Of a DNA stretch of 64,000 nt, positions 1 to 19,817 are shown piece after piece. The notes under the pieces were generated by a model that made no database searches, was not told the origin of the DNA, and was given only the letters and a program-made list of their open reading frames with translations. Positions within the stretch are counted from its first letter, which is position 1. Every line of letters begins with the position of its first letter. This DNA comes from the human T2T-CHM13v2.0 reference genome, Homo sapiens, in the NCBI RefSeq assembly GCF_009914755.1, contig NC_060938.1; one strand, given 5' to 3'. The position numbers were made by a program, and so were the translations under genes.

Positions 1-304
1 AATAGAATGCCTTTTGTTTTCCTTGGAGCTTAGCAAGTTGAAGTCTTCTAAGTCCTGTGAGGTCAGGTATTTTGAAAAGGGAATTATAGGAAAAAATTTA
101 TTATTTAATTTGAACCTTTATTTTCTCTTCCAGTGTTTTGTAATATGTCACACTAGAATTTCATAAGGTTATTTCATTCTTGTATTAGTACTTCTCATGC
201 AGTCAGAGTCTTTTTTTGAAACCATTATTTGTTATATTTCCAGCCATCAGAATTGATCAGTAGCCTAAAACTGTGTGGTCACCATTTTATCTTAATGATG
301 GAAC

Positions 305-323
305 ACTTTCTCTTCCTTTCTTT

Positions 324-378
<55 letters not shown>

Positions 379-535
379 CTCTCTCTTTCTCTTTCTCTTT
401 CTTTCTCTCCTCTCTCTTTCTCTCTCCCTCTCTCTTTCTGTCTCTGTCTTTCTCACTTTCTTTCCTTTCTGTCTGTCTTGTCTTGTCCTGTCCTGTCCGG
501 TCCTGCCCTGCCCTGCCCTGTCTTGCCCTGTCTTG
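305..535. repeat. Compound microsatellite (TTTC)n/(TC)n/(TGTCC/TGCCC)n, an expanded Alu tail
   Basis: Direct reading; abuts a minus-strand Alu. Confidence 0.9.
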
Positions 536-793
536 CTCTGTTGCCCAGGCTGGAGTGCAGTGCCCTGATCATAGCCCACAGCAGCCTTGAATTCCTGCGA
601 ATCCTTTCAGTGCAGCCTCCGCAGTAGCTGGGACTATGGGAACACATCACTATGCCTAGCTTATTTTATTTTTGTTTTTATTTTTTGTAGAGATGGGGGT
701 CTCACTGTGTTGCTCAGGCTTGTCTTGAGCTCCTGGCCTCAAGCAGTCCTCCCAAAGTGCTGAGATTACAGCTGTGAGCCATGGCACCTGGCC
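535..793 (-). mobile_element. AluJ-like
   Basis: tgttgcccaggctggagtgcagtg...gagccatggcacctggcc. Confidence 0.85.
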
Positions 794-1067
794 GAGAGAA
801 CACTTTTCCTTGACATCTCTGAACAAAGTGTGGTTAGGTCACTGGCTGATTCACTCTGGCTGGGAAGTTGCAGGTCTGAAGTTCAGCCTTTCCTCCTTCA
901 TCATGTCTCTTGACTTCTTGAGATCTTCTAACAGACTAAATCCTAGCAAGTCAGTCTCTAGGTACTTCTGCTTACTGGAACATTATAAATAGGTCCAGCT
1001 TTGTTTGTTACCTTTGTGTCTTTTTTTTTTTTTTTTTGCCACCATTTCCTTAAGAAACTTTTTCTGA

Positions 1068-1148
1068 TTAGCCATGGCAGAAAACAGTTGGAAAAGGCAA
1101 GTGTTCATAAGGAAAGACAGGTGGGAGGGTTAACTTCATCTTTGTTCC
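1068..1148 (-). CDS. MAX: MAX alternative distal terminal exon (coding part; isoform truncated within the bHLH)
   Basis: Minus strand reads ttttcctcctttccttccccAG|GGA ACA AAG ATG...TGC CAT GGC TAA = GTKMKLTLPPVFPYEHLPFPTVFCHG*. This matches the recalled C-terminus of the MAX isoform that splices after ...SLQGEK. Strong polypyrimidine acceptor. Too short for the ORF track. Confidence 0.88.
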   Translation of the reverse strand, partial: GTKMKLTLPPVFPYEHLPFPTVFCHG

Positions 1149-3239
1149 CTGGGGAAGGAAAGGAGGAAAAATATCAGCTTACTAGTATAGTCTTTCCCTT
1201 AACTGCTAAACCAAATCTCTGCATTAACCCAATGCTCTGACCTCAATAAAATGAATTATTCCTCTTGTCATGAGATACAGCTAGAGATTAGCAAATGACG
1301 CCATTTATTTAAATAGCTTGGGAGAACGAGCTCTCTTAAATGTAATGGTATCCTTGGCAGTTCGCTGCCCCTAGGCACAAGCTGGTTCAAGCTTAGCCTC
1401 CCCAGAGGGGACAAGACTTCATAATGGTGAGGGTGTGGGTGATTGCTTTTGGAGGGGCTTTGTTGTTGTGGTTGTACCCCCGATGACTCACCCGATCGGG
1501 CTGAGTCACTGTCCACTGCCTGGGCTCTGGGGACACACAGCCTCTGTTTCTCACATGAACCTTTGATTATTTGACATTCCCTTTTCACTTACCATCAGGA
1601 TAGAGCCCTTGGTCTCTTTCATTCCTTTTTTAAAATTTGTTTTTCCTTAGCTCATGAGCTGAAGAAAGACTTTTATTCACACTGAGATATGAGGGAAAAT
1701 GGGAGGTTATAGTCTGGGAGGAAGCAGTTGTTTTTTGAGAGTGGTGGTAGATGATATTAAAGGAGTGAAATCCCCTGATTCATAGCTGGTAGGTCAAGTA
1801 TGGGTGGGAAAAAAAAAGTGTTCCTCCTGGGCTCGGATCCTTGTGGAAATAGAATATATCAGGGCTCTGGGTTAGTTTCAGGAATTTCACAATTACCCGT
1901 TTTTATCATTGTTGCCTATGAAATTGAGTGTTTTAAAGGATGCTAATTAATATTGGAGATACTATACATTTTGGCTGAATGGCTGAGTATATAATTCAAC
2001 ATATCAATATAAGGCTGAAGGCAAACATCACCATCATAGAATAAGCGAGGATATAAGAATAAATTAGAAAATTTATCAGAATTTTAAATCATTATCACAG
2101 TCTCAATATTTAACATATTAATAGTCAAAATTTAAAAGTCTGACACTTTAATACAGGAAGTAACCTTCACTGTTAGCTGAAGTGCATGGTTAGCTGTTAG
2201 CAGTAAATCTAGATGGCAGGGCTTGTTTGTGTGTCTGAGGTCATGATGCTGATCAAATGGGACAGACTCACACACATGCCCAGGACCACAGACCACGCAC
2301 AGGTCCAGGGATGCCTGTGATGATGCTGAAGTAGGCATTTGCCTATTCAGTGTTCCAGGGCCAAAGCTGAATAGCAGACTGGGCTGAAAGTCAAGCCTGG
2401 AGCTGAATGTCAGTACATTCTATACTTAATCCCCTTCCCAGAAATGATTTTCTTCTCTAAGGTTGGGACTGTCTACCTGGAGTGAGGTAGTCAGTCCCAA
2501 GGAGCTTTTTGACCATGCTTTTCATGGTTTTGTTTATTCATGTCTGCTTTCCCATGAAAATTCATTTTTTCTTCCCTGTGGGTATTGTCACGGTTTCACA
2601 CCCTTTTGAATGTACCCTTTTGCATTTATCACCTTGGCTTTAATAAGAAACCTGAAATGCATAAACTACACAGATACCTCGCTCACATGTAGTTTTTAAA
2701 TTTGTTTTCTCCTGGGCAAGGAGACGGGTGCTCCTCAGAAGTGAGAAATATTGATAATGTCCCTGTGCTAATAGAGCCCTGGAGGTTAAGTGCTGACAAT
2801 GGCTCTGAAGCCAGAATACTCTGAGTTAAAGTCCTCAAAGCAGGTCTCTCACAGGCACCAGCTTAGCTCCCGTGTTTTCTACTATTCCTGTATGTGATAC
2901 AATTTTAGAATTTCCCAGATCCTGAGCAGGTAGAGGATGTATTCCCTTCTTACTGTTGTTCTTTCCAAGGTCTCACAAATAAGTTCACCTTTCCTCGATT
3001 GCTTTATTGCTTACATGCCAGGTGCTTATTTTTTGACTAGAGAGGCCCCTGGCTTTAGTGAGTTTAGAAAGTCCCCAGGAACCAGCAATGGACTGAATCC
3101 CCTGTCCTCTCATCTGTCACAATCAAATGCATGTTTTCCAGGATGGCCCAGGTTTGGGGGGAGGAAGTGGCTTTGCTCTCATTCCATTCTGCTGCCTTTG
3201 TGTGATCCTCTCTTTCAGCAGCAGTATCTAGAGAGTCTC

Positions 3240-3660
3240 CAAAGGACAGGACACTCTGCTGGGCTCAGGGAAGCCAGAGTGAGCAAGGCTAGCCCTGGGC
3301 CTGCCCCTGCTGGGCTCTTGGTCTAGTGGGGGAGGTGGACATTAAACAAATGAACACAAATATACAGTTACCGATGGGATAATTTGAGAGAGAGAATCAC
3401 TGGGAGAATCTAATTTGGATTGGGAAGTTAGGGAAGGCTTCTTACAGAAAGTGACATTTAAGCTGAATCTGTAGGTGGAATAGGGGTGGCTAACTTAAAG
3501 GATGGGGAGAGTGTTCCAGGCAGAGGGAACAGCATGTGCTAAAGCCAGGAGACTGAAAGGAGCGGAGCTCAAAGAAGGCAGCATGACCAGAGCTCAGGGG
3601 CGGAGATGAGGTTGGAGAGTAGTGTGGGTGGAGGCACATTGTGAAGAGTCTGGAAGCCCA
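3240..3660 (-). mobile_element. L2 fossil
   Basis: gggaaggcttcttacagaaagtgacatttaagctga...ttccaggcagagggaacagcatgtgc is typical of the L2 3' region. Confidence 0.7.
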
Positions 3661-4029
3661 GTGGGCTCACCCCTCATAAGAAATTCTATTTAAATCATTA
3701 CCCAGTACACATAGATGTGTAAGTTCCTTCTCAGACAGTGGAAACCTGACTTCCCATAGCCTTAATAGATTTACCCACTTGCTCTCCTGTCACCCTCTGC
3801 ACAGTGAGACGGGGGCCCTCCTCATCCACTTGAGCTGACAGCCTGCATCCCACCCTGCACCCCCTCAAGTCCTGCACGAAACCTGTCTTATTCTGCTCCA
3901 TGTAATTGAATGGTTTTGGGGCTGAATTGTTCAGGTAAAAATAGGAAGAGCTCTACCTTTTCTTTCTTAACTTCCTACACAGAAAAGATTTTTGGATAGA
4001 GGTGAGTTGAGAATGAAGGACCGGTGAGG

Positions 4030-4165
4030 GTATTAGTCAGCTTGGGCTGCCATAAGACGGTATCACAGATGGGGTGCATTAAACCACAGAGATTTATTTT
4101 TTCACATTTCTGGAGGCCAGAAGTCTAAGACCAAGGTGTCAGCAGGCTTGGTTTCTCCTGAGGCT
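4030..4165. mobile_element. MLT1-type MaLR LTR fragment
   Basis: tattagtcagcttgggctgccataa...tctggaggccagaagtctaagaccaaggtgtcagcagg. Confidence 0.75.
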
Positions 4166-6010
4166 GCTGACTGGCTTCACCAACATGTTATATTTCTTAA
4201 TTTCACTGGCGCTTCACTAACTGCCTTATAATCCTTTTATTCGTCTCATGTAGATTCCCTAACACACCCACCACCGTGGCCACTCCACAGCTCTCCCACC
4301 ATCTTGACTCCTAGTTCCTGAGAAAATCGAGGCTGACCCACCTGACTTTCCTGTTTCCTTCTTCCCACATCAGAGACCTATATTTCGCTAGCTTCGTACC
4401 CATCATTTCTCGCTCAAAGAATGCAGCATCCTTCCTTATTCCAGGCTCACCTCTCCTACTATACCCTCATCCCAGCCCTCCTCCATCCTCTTTACAGACC
4501 TTCCCTATGGATTTCCTCTGAGCTTTTGCATTTCTAATGTGGAATTTCTCTGCTTACTGCCTTGTACTTTTGATCCAGCTGAACTAAACTAACTCAAATG
4601 TGTCATGGTGTTTTCTTCATTTTGCCTGCTTAACTCATGTCTTTCCAGCCTTAAACTCAATGCTCTTCCCTTTGGGAAGAGTTTTCTGACCCTCCATCTC
4701 TTCCCGTGGCTGATCACAGCGTTTATTGGACAGGGCTCTGCTTGTCATTTTCACATGTGTGTCCACCTCTGGACTGTCGCTCTAGGGTACAGAGCAGCCT
4801 CTACCCCAGTGCTGGACAACACTCTGCCCACACAGATGGGTGCTCCCTGCGTCCTGAGTGGACTTTCCTGAAAGAGAAACTGAGTCTGGCCTTCTCTTGT
4901 TTACAATTTGCCTTCACCTCTGCTCTGAATGCTCTTGGAGGTCTCTAGCCCTTCTGTGGTTTGTTGTCTTTTCCCCTCAGTCTTGCTGCAGCATCTGCCA
5001 CTGTTAAACACCTTCCTGAAATTCTCTCCTCCCTGATGGCCTGTGACATGACACTTCCTTTGCTCTTCCCTAGCATATGTAAACTCTCCTGTTTCTCTCC
5101 TTCACTGGCTCCTCCAAACCCTTAGAGATGGGTCTTCCCACAGTTTTGTTTCCAAACTTCTCTCTCTGCCCTCTCACCTTCTGTGGCTTCACCTGTCACT
5201 TGTGTGCAGACAAATGCTTCGTAGTCTGTGTGTGTAACCTGAATCCCTCTCCTGAGCCTCACGTGTGTGTCCAGCAGCCTGATTGACATCATCACCTGAA
5301 TGCAGTCCCAGCATCCTAAGACCCACACATCCAAAAGTCAGCTGATCACGGGTCACACACTAGTTCGGGCCCTAAGTAGCCCCAACTGGGTCAGCTCCTC
5401 AGAGCTTCTAACCCTGTCTCCCCACCCCATCTGTCTGCCCACTGCGATATTTTCAGATACTTCAGTTTGTAAACACATACTGACTACCTACTGTTTCTCC
5501 AAAGCACAGTTCTGATCATTTCTTTCCTCATCTCAAAAACCTTCAGGACTTCCCTTTGCCTAGTAAATTGAGTAGAAATGCCTTAGTCAGCATCCCAGAT
5601 CCTTGTTTTTTTGTTTGTTTGTTTGTTTTTAAACTGGGGCAGTACTCCTGCTTTCCTCCCATTCCTCTTTCATCCCTGTATTGAGGTCAGATTCTCCCAC
5701 CTGTCACTCCTCTTGTACACTTGATACCTGTGCAGCATAGTAGAGTAGCCATTAGCCACCTGCAGCTATTTAAACTTGAATTAAAATTGAATTAAAATTT
5801 TCTCCTTCTGCCAGGGCCACTCATCGCACATTCCTCCTTTTTCACACAAACTTTCCTGATCATTCCTTTCTTCATGAGATATCCCCTCCCTTTTGAGCCT
5901 CAGTAGTATGTTTTTCCCTTGCAAAACCTACCCATTCTTTCCTTGTAGCCATTGATATACTTACCTCATTTCTGAATTGGAAGAGTTTTTGAGGTAAAGA
6001 CTACATGAAG

Positions 6011-6382
<372 letters not shown>

Positions 6383-7180
6383 CTACCTAGCAAAGGGAAT
6401 GGTTCTCTTTCCTTTGTTTCTGTAATCTGCAAGCACGGGGAACATCTTGACAATCTGTGCTTTTTGTTTCCTTCCCTAGTCACACAGGCTCTTCTGCCAG
6501 ACCAAGAAAGAAGTGCAGCCTCTGTGCTTTGCCCGGCCTGTGCAGGTGGCCATGGGCGGCACATTCCATCTTAAAGCCAGTATTGCTGACTTGAAAGCCA
6601 AGGACAGCGACTGGCTGCAGAACACGGTCCTCTGGCCAGGGCTGTGGGTCACACGTGGGAGGTGGAATTTCAGGGAGAGAATAATAGTTGGATAACCGAG
6701 AGGCAGGCAGGGAGTAAATTATGGGCCTTGGAGAAGTCATCCCAGACGGGGTGACTGAAATGACAGCGGCTGAGGCAGGGAAGTGGCGAGGCTCAGATTT
6801 AAATTGCTTATAGGATGGGGAGGCACAAAGATATCTGTTCTTAGATGCTGGAGGAAGTTTCTGGGTGGACTGTCATTGCCTGGCTGCGTGTGCTCATTGC
6901 GGCTTTTCCGTTAGCCCAAAGTCACTGCCTTTAGGAGACAATCGCACTCTAAATGTCAGCTGGCATGGTTTTCAGATGCTTTAGAGACATTCAGACAAGA
7001 GCTTCTTTTCTCTGGTTTAGTTGCTCTTTGGAACCAGAGAAGTTGCTGGTTATCCAGTCAGTGATTGCAGGGGGACGTCCTGAAGCTGAGTGTTTACCCG
7101 TGTGTGTGTACGTGCACATACGTGTGTATGGTGGAAGCATAAGCTATTAGAATGGGCTTATAAACTGTTTGTCTTTCCAG

Positions 7181-7253
7181 GCTTGTTTTGCAGAGGGAGA
7201 AGCACTTCCATTATCTGAAAAGAGGCCTTCGACAACTGACAGATGCCTATGAG
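7181..7253 (+). CDS. FNTB: FNTB exon 3 (73 bp)
   Basis: tttccAG|G CTT GTT...GCC TAT GAG|GTaaac; encodes (R)LVLQREKHFHYLKRGLRQLTDAYE. Confidence 0.97.
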
Positions 7254-8429
7254 GTAAACACATTACCCAGGAACTCTTGCTGTCAAATTATCCACCAAAT
7301 CCTCCTCCTTTTTCTATTTAAACGTAAAAGACTGTTGGGGCTGACCTGTTGCAGAGTCACTCTTTGTTCTCTGTGGCTCTGGCAGGAGGTAGGGTGCTGT
7401 CACAGAGCTGGGACTCAGCCCTGAAAGGGCAGAACCTAGTCTCTTCCAGAGTGAGTGGAGCACCCTAGATAGGATGGGGCTTTCTTCTGTTACTAGATGA
7501 TGACTAAGGGGTTCACGTGCTTTATCTAGACCTCCTTGACAGCTGGCTAAATGCCAGTTACCTGTTCACCCTTAACCCTTTGCCCTATAAGCTGATCTAA
7601 TTTCTCGCTCATTTATTGAGGACTATTGTCCAAACCTGTTAAGTCTGTATCGTGATGGTTACAAATTTTCCAACTTCACCACTCCTTCTAGTAAGTACAT
7701 TACTTTTCATATCTTCATTAAAGAGACAAAAAACCCTTTCTTGTAATAAGATCTAATTTCTATACTGACTAGAGGACCAGTATAGAGAGTGGTCCTTGCA
7801 ATTTAACATTACTGTTTAAGAGTAGATCTTTAATATTTCCCAGAGCAACGTCAGGACTGGGTGACGGTGGAGGGGACAGATGTTGGATGGGACTGAGCGG
7901 CAGGCAAAGGGTGAATGTGAACAGGAAGTCTCCAGTCTTTCTGCCCTGCTTAACACAGAGCAGCATCTCTATTTTTAATCTGCTTTTTATTTGGGTTCCA
8001 CATTTGATTATTTGTGGCAATGATTTGCCAACTCAAATGCCTGTAGGGCCCAGGCAGGCAGCATAAATCAGTGAAGTGGGCTGCATGGAGACTGAGGCTA
8101 ACTGGAGACCCTGTGCCCTTAACTTCTTTCCTGCCCATTACTGCCATCTGGGAATGCAGACCCAGGGTTGCCAAATCATCTTTGTTTCCTTTTTTTTTTT
8201 TCTTCCTCCAAATGAAGCCGGAAATCACGTTTTCATGTGACTCTCCTGACAAATGTTGCAGCTACTACCAGTTAAACAATACACATCCATGGGCTAGATT
8301 TGGCCTGTGGGCTATGAATTTTCAATCCTTGACTCAAGTCCTCAATAGTTATGTTACAGTTGGTACCATATCAGCTAACAATTTATTGAACAGTGTGCTG
8401 AAAGCTTACCATGCATTCTCTCATAATTT

Positions 8430-12087
<3,658 letters not shown>

Positions 12088-12470
12088 CGTGTGTTTTTGA
12101 AATACCAGCTCGGGGGCCTGGGGATTGTTTGGGAAGTTTTCCCTTCACTCCTACACAATCAGGATATTTGGAAAGTTTTCCCTTCACTCTTGCACAATGG
12201 GAAAGTTGGGTGTGAGAGAAGAAAGAAAAAATGGGGATTTCTGTGAGCCTGGATCTGAACGCTGGATGGAGGAGGCCGCAGACCCATGAAAAACTGGAAG
12301 AGAGAATCACAGGGGGTGCCTGAGGTGGAAGAACTCGAGCCAAAATCGACTGAGTTTTTTTCTAGGCTGTGTACTTGGTGTTTTATAGTGAAGGCTTTTC
12401 TGAGGAAGTGTCAGCGCCGCTTCTGGGGCAATGTCACATAGGAAGAGAGGAGCCTTTAAAGGGCCTTTCA

Positions 12471-12866
<396 letters not shown>

Positions 12867-13454
12867 TCATTTATGGTGCAGTACATTCTGTGAAATACTA
12901 TATAACCATTAAAAAATGTATAAATGTGGCCACGCATGATCACACCTGTAACCCCAGCACTTTGGGAGGCCACGGTCAGAGGACCACTGGGGCCCAGGAA
13001 TTCAAGACCAGTCTGGGCGACATAGTGAGACTCCATTTCAAAAATAAAAATAAAAATAGCTGGGCGTGGTGGTGCACACTTCTAGTTCTAGCTGCTCAGG
13101 AGGCCGAGACAGGAGTTCAGGGGTTTGAGGCTGCAGTGAGCCATGATGGCACCACTGCATTCCAGCCTGGGCAACAGAGCAAGACCCTGTCTCAATAAAT
13201 ATATGAATGTGTATATTTGTATGTTAAAATATATGTATTTATATAGAGAGATGTGAAATGAAAATAGTTTAAAAGATTTAATTTACATACATTAAAAATA
13301 TAGATGATGATATGCATAGATAGAACCAGAAAGATACATGTAGTAGTTATTTCTGGACGATGGGGTTAAAAGTGATTTTATAAACTTTCTGGGCTGGGCA
13401 CGGTGTCTCACACCTGTAATCCCAGGGCTTGGGGAGGCCAAGGTCGGCAGATCA

Positions 13455-13856
<402 letters not shown>

Positions 13857-13926
13857 CTACTCAGGAGGCTGTTTGTTTGTTTTTTGAGACAAGAGTCTCC
13901 TTCTGTTACTGCACTCCCGGCTCCTA

Positions 13927-14419
<493 letters not shown>

Positions 14420-15281
14420 TTATTATTTTGTAATTAAAAAAGGAATGGTTTAAAAATAAGCTGATTTGTCCTTATTTCAAAAACCACTTGACAGTTAATG
14501 AGAGTTTCTGCTTCACAGATGCCTTAAAAGCTTTACCTGTGGTTCTTCTACGCATTGATTTAGTGAACTTTTAAACATTTCTTAGACTTCCCAATAATGT
14601 ATTTTGCTTTGTGCCTAGGAGGTGGTTACTTCTAGGTGCAGAAAACACTTGTTATGAACAAAGCCTACTGGCTCTGACCCATAAGGAAATAGATTATTTT
14701 TAGTAAGATACAGATAAATCTTAAGGACTTCTATATAAATAGAAGATTTTTTTTAGACTAGCTGAAATAGAATATTGCCTTTTTATTTATCTTGCACAGG
14801 GAAATGAAATGCTTTGAAATGCGTTCAGTTTTCTTTCTTCATACAAATATATTAAGGTGACCTAGAGTCAAAAAGTCTAGCTCTGCAGTTTTATTATTTT
14901 CCTGCCTTCTTTTCCCCTGCATGTAACACACACGCCCCCTACACTTACACAAAGGTTTCTCTTTCCTATTTTGTTCACTGCTGTGCTTCTATTTGTTTAG
15001 GGAACAATATGATAAGCTGGGTTCCCTCTAGTGGACAAAATACTTTTGTCAGCTGCTATGACCGCTGACCAAAGCCAGCAAGGCGAGGTTGTTACTGCTG
15101 GTATCAGAGGTTTCAAGAATAATGTATTCATAGCCTGGAATGTTTTCTTTATTTTTGGTAGAGACAGTGCCTTGCTGTGTTGCCTGGGCTGGTCTCAATC
15201 TCCTGGGCTCAATTGATCCTCCTGCCTTAGCCTCCCAAAACACTGGGATTATAGGCGTGAGCCACCATGCCCAGTCCATAG

Positions 15282-15645
<364 letters not shown>

Positions 15646-15648
15646 TAG

Positions 15649-15813
<165 letters not shown>

Positions 15814-16359
15814 TGAACTCCTGACCTCAGGTGATACACCTGTCTTGGCTTCCCAAAGTGTTGGGATTACAGATGTGAGCCACCGCACCCGGCCTAGCTT
15901 CCCTCTTTTAAGAGGTTATATGCACACATTTATATGTGTTTATCTAAAATGAATTAATATTTTGGAACTAGACTAAGTACATTTGCTTTGCTTAATGGTT
16001 TTGGCACTGAAGGAAGCATCCTCTAATGAGAATCCCATTCTTTGTTACTGAAAGCAGCTTCAGTGAAACAGAGCAAAATAAAATTCACAGGGAGACCATC
16101 GCACTGTTAAAGTTATGTTTTTAGCTTCTGTAAGATTTAAAAATTGCCTTTAACTTAAAAACCATTTTAGGACATTTCAGCTTGTAAGATTTTTCCAAAG
16201 ATAAATTCAAATTTTGCTATTTCAGTGTTTTATCCTTTCCCTTTCAAAAGGTTGTTAGTAGCTTATCCCCGGAATAGCCCCTTAAATATTTTTCCTTTTA
16301 ATTTTTAAGTCTAGTTTGTATGTTTCCTTACCTTTCAGTGAGGACACCATATCTAGGCC

Positions 16360-16505
16360 TTTGTCTCCTGGGCATTTTTCCTGGCCAGGTGCTGTTGGCA
16401 CCTGGTGGGTGCAGGTCAGAGGTGCTGCTAAATATCCTCTACAGGACGGTCCCTGCACCAAAGAATTACTGAGCCCCAGTGTCAACAGTTGAGAAACTCT
16501 GCTCT
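16360..16505. mobile_element. MER20-like hAT-Charlie fossil
   Basis: ggtgctgctaaatatcctctacaggac...aaagaattact...gttgagaaactctgctcta. Confidence 0.7.
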
Positions 16506-16532
16506 AAAGTAGCCAACTTTTTTTTCCTTTGA

Positions 16533-16877
<345 letters not shown>

Positions 16878-18050
16878 TGATGAAGAGTCAAATAACACGT
16901 CTGACTCTGTGAGCAGCAGAGGCCACCCGGAATCAACAAGAGATGCTGCCCGTCTTCACCTGTCCATTGTCATATTCTACCTAGGGAAGGAGATTTCCTC
17001 TTCACTATATCAAGCTGAAGCTGTTTTAGTTAGTACGAGAACAAGCTTGATGTGATGCCAGCTCATGCATCTTGCATTTACATCCCCTCCTAAGCCGTTC
17101 TGCCCATGGATGACTGTTCCTATTTCCAAAGCTGTAATCTTTTTTTCTGTTTTTTTTTTTTTAAACCTGCCCAATTGTGCAGAACATAGCTATAATTTTT
17201 ATAACTTATCCTAGGCCTTAAGTCTGTCTATGATAGCCTAGTCTAGTGCTGAAGTTTTTTATGTAACCTAAATACTTCTTGCTACAAATTAGTCTCAGTT
17301 TTTACCTACTAGAATGTTTATGTAATTATCCTTTGTATATTTGAGGTATTTTGCTGGGTAGCTTTCTCACTGTGATTGTCTGTAATATTAAGCTTTTTAT
17401 ATTATTTTAAAAATAGAGATAAGGTCTCGCTGTATTGCCTAAGCTGGTCTCAAACTCTTGGCCTTAAGTGATCCTCCTGCCTTGGCCTCCCAAAGTCTAG
17501 GGATTACAGGCACGAGCCACCACACCCAGCCAAATACTTAAAAAAAAAAAAAGTAGTCATTTTTACAACTCTCATGTGAATTCCCTTTGAGGTGGAAAAT
17601 GGAGGCTAGAGCCAGATACAGTTCTGACTAATACTGCATTTATGATGCTTTTAACAAGCATTTTTATTGTTGTTCTTCACAACTCGTGGACCCTTATTAC
17701 TGGTCTTTTCCTGCTATGTTCCTAGTCATTTCCCATATTCATGTGCCTTACCCATCCCCCACCCCTGCCATCTCTAAGCGTAATTCTTGCTATTTGTACC
17801 TGTTGCATTTGTTTTATTCTTATTGGTTTCTGATTTGTTTTGCTGCTCATTTTGTATTATATGCTTATTTACTGTACATGCCTTTGAATCCTTCATCCAA
17901 ACTGATGACGGTGTTTAGAATCAACATTGATTAATTGATTGAGACAGGGTCTCACTCTATTGTCTGGGCTGGAATGCAGTGGCACAATCACAGCTCACTG
18001 CAACCTGGACTTCCCCAAGCTCAAGTGATCCTCCCACCTCAGCCTCCTGA

Positions 18051-18257
<207 letters not shown>

Positions 18258-18369
18258 TAAGAGTCCCAAGTAAACTCCTTATAAGGCTGAGAGGCAATCG
18301 CTGATATCCCTGCTTTGAACTTGACCCTCTTACAAGATTTACATACTCTTTAATGATGGAATGATAAAA

Positions 18370-19400
<1,031 letters not shown>

Positions 19401-19601
19401 TATAGAAGATAGTTTCCCACTTTGCTGGTAATTGGCACGTAAGCTAGAATGAAATGCCTTGCTGACGTTAAAGAAAATTGATGTATTGCAGCTTTCAGTC
19501 ATATTCTAAAGGAATGATTTTGTGAATACTTGTTTTTCACAAAATGTGCCACTTGGTGTTTGTACAATGTTTTTTGCTTGTAATTTTTTATTTATTGGTG
19601 A

Positions 19602-19817
<216 letters not shown>

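Noticed and set aside
229-650. ORFs of 65-132 aa with FLSF/ERKK repeats
   Set aside because: Translations of a microsatellite plus Alu; no coding evidence.
6460-6760. Strong-looking acceptor (tttgtttccttccctAG) and GC-rich block in FNTB intron 2
   Set aside because: No convincing donor or frame-preserving exon could be defined from sequence alone.
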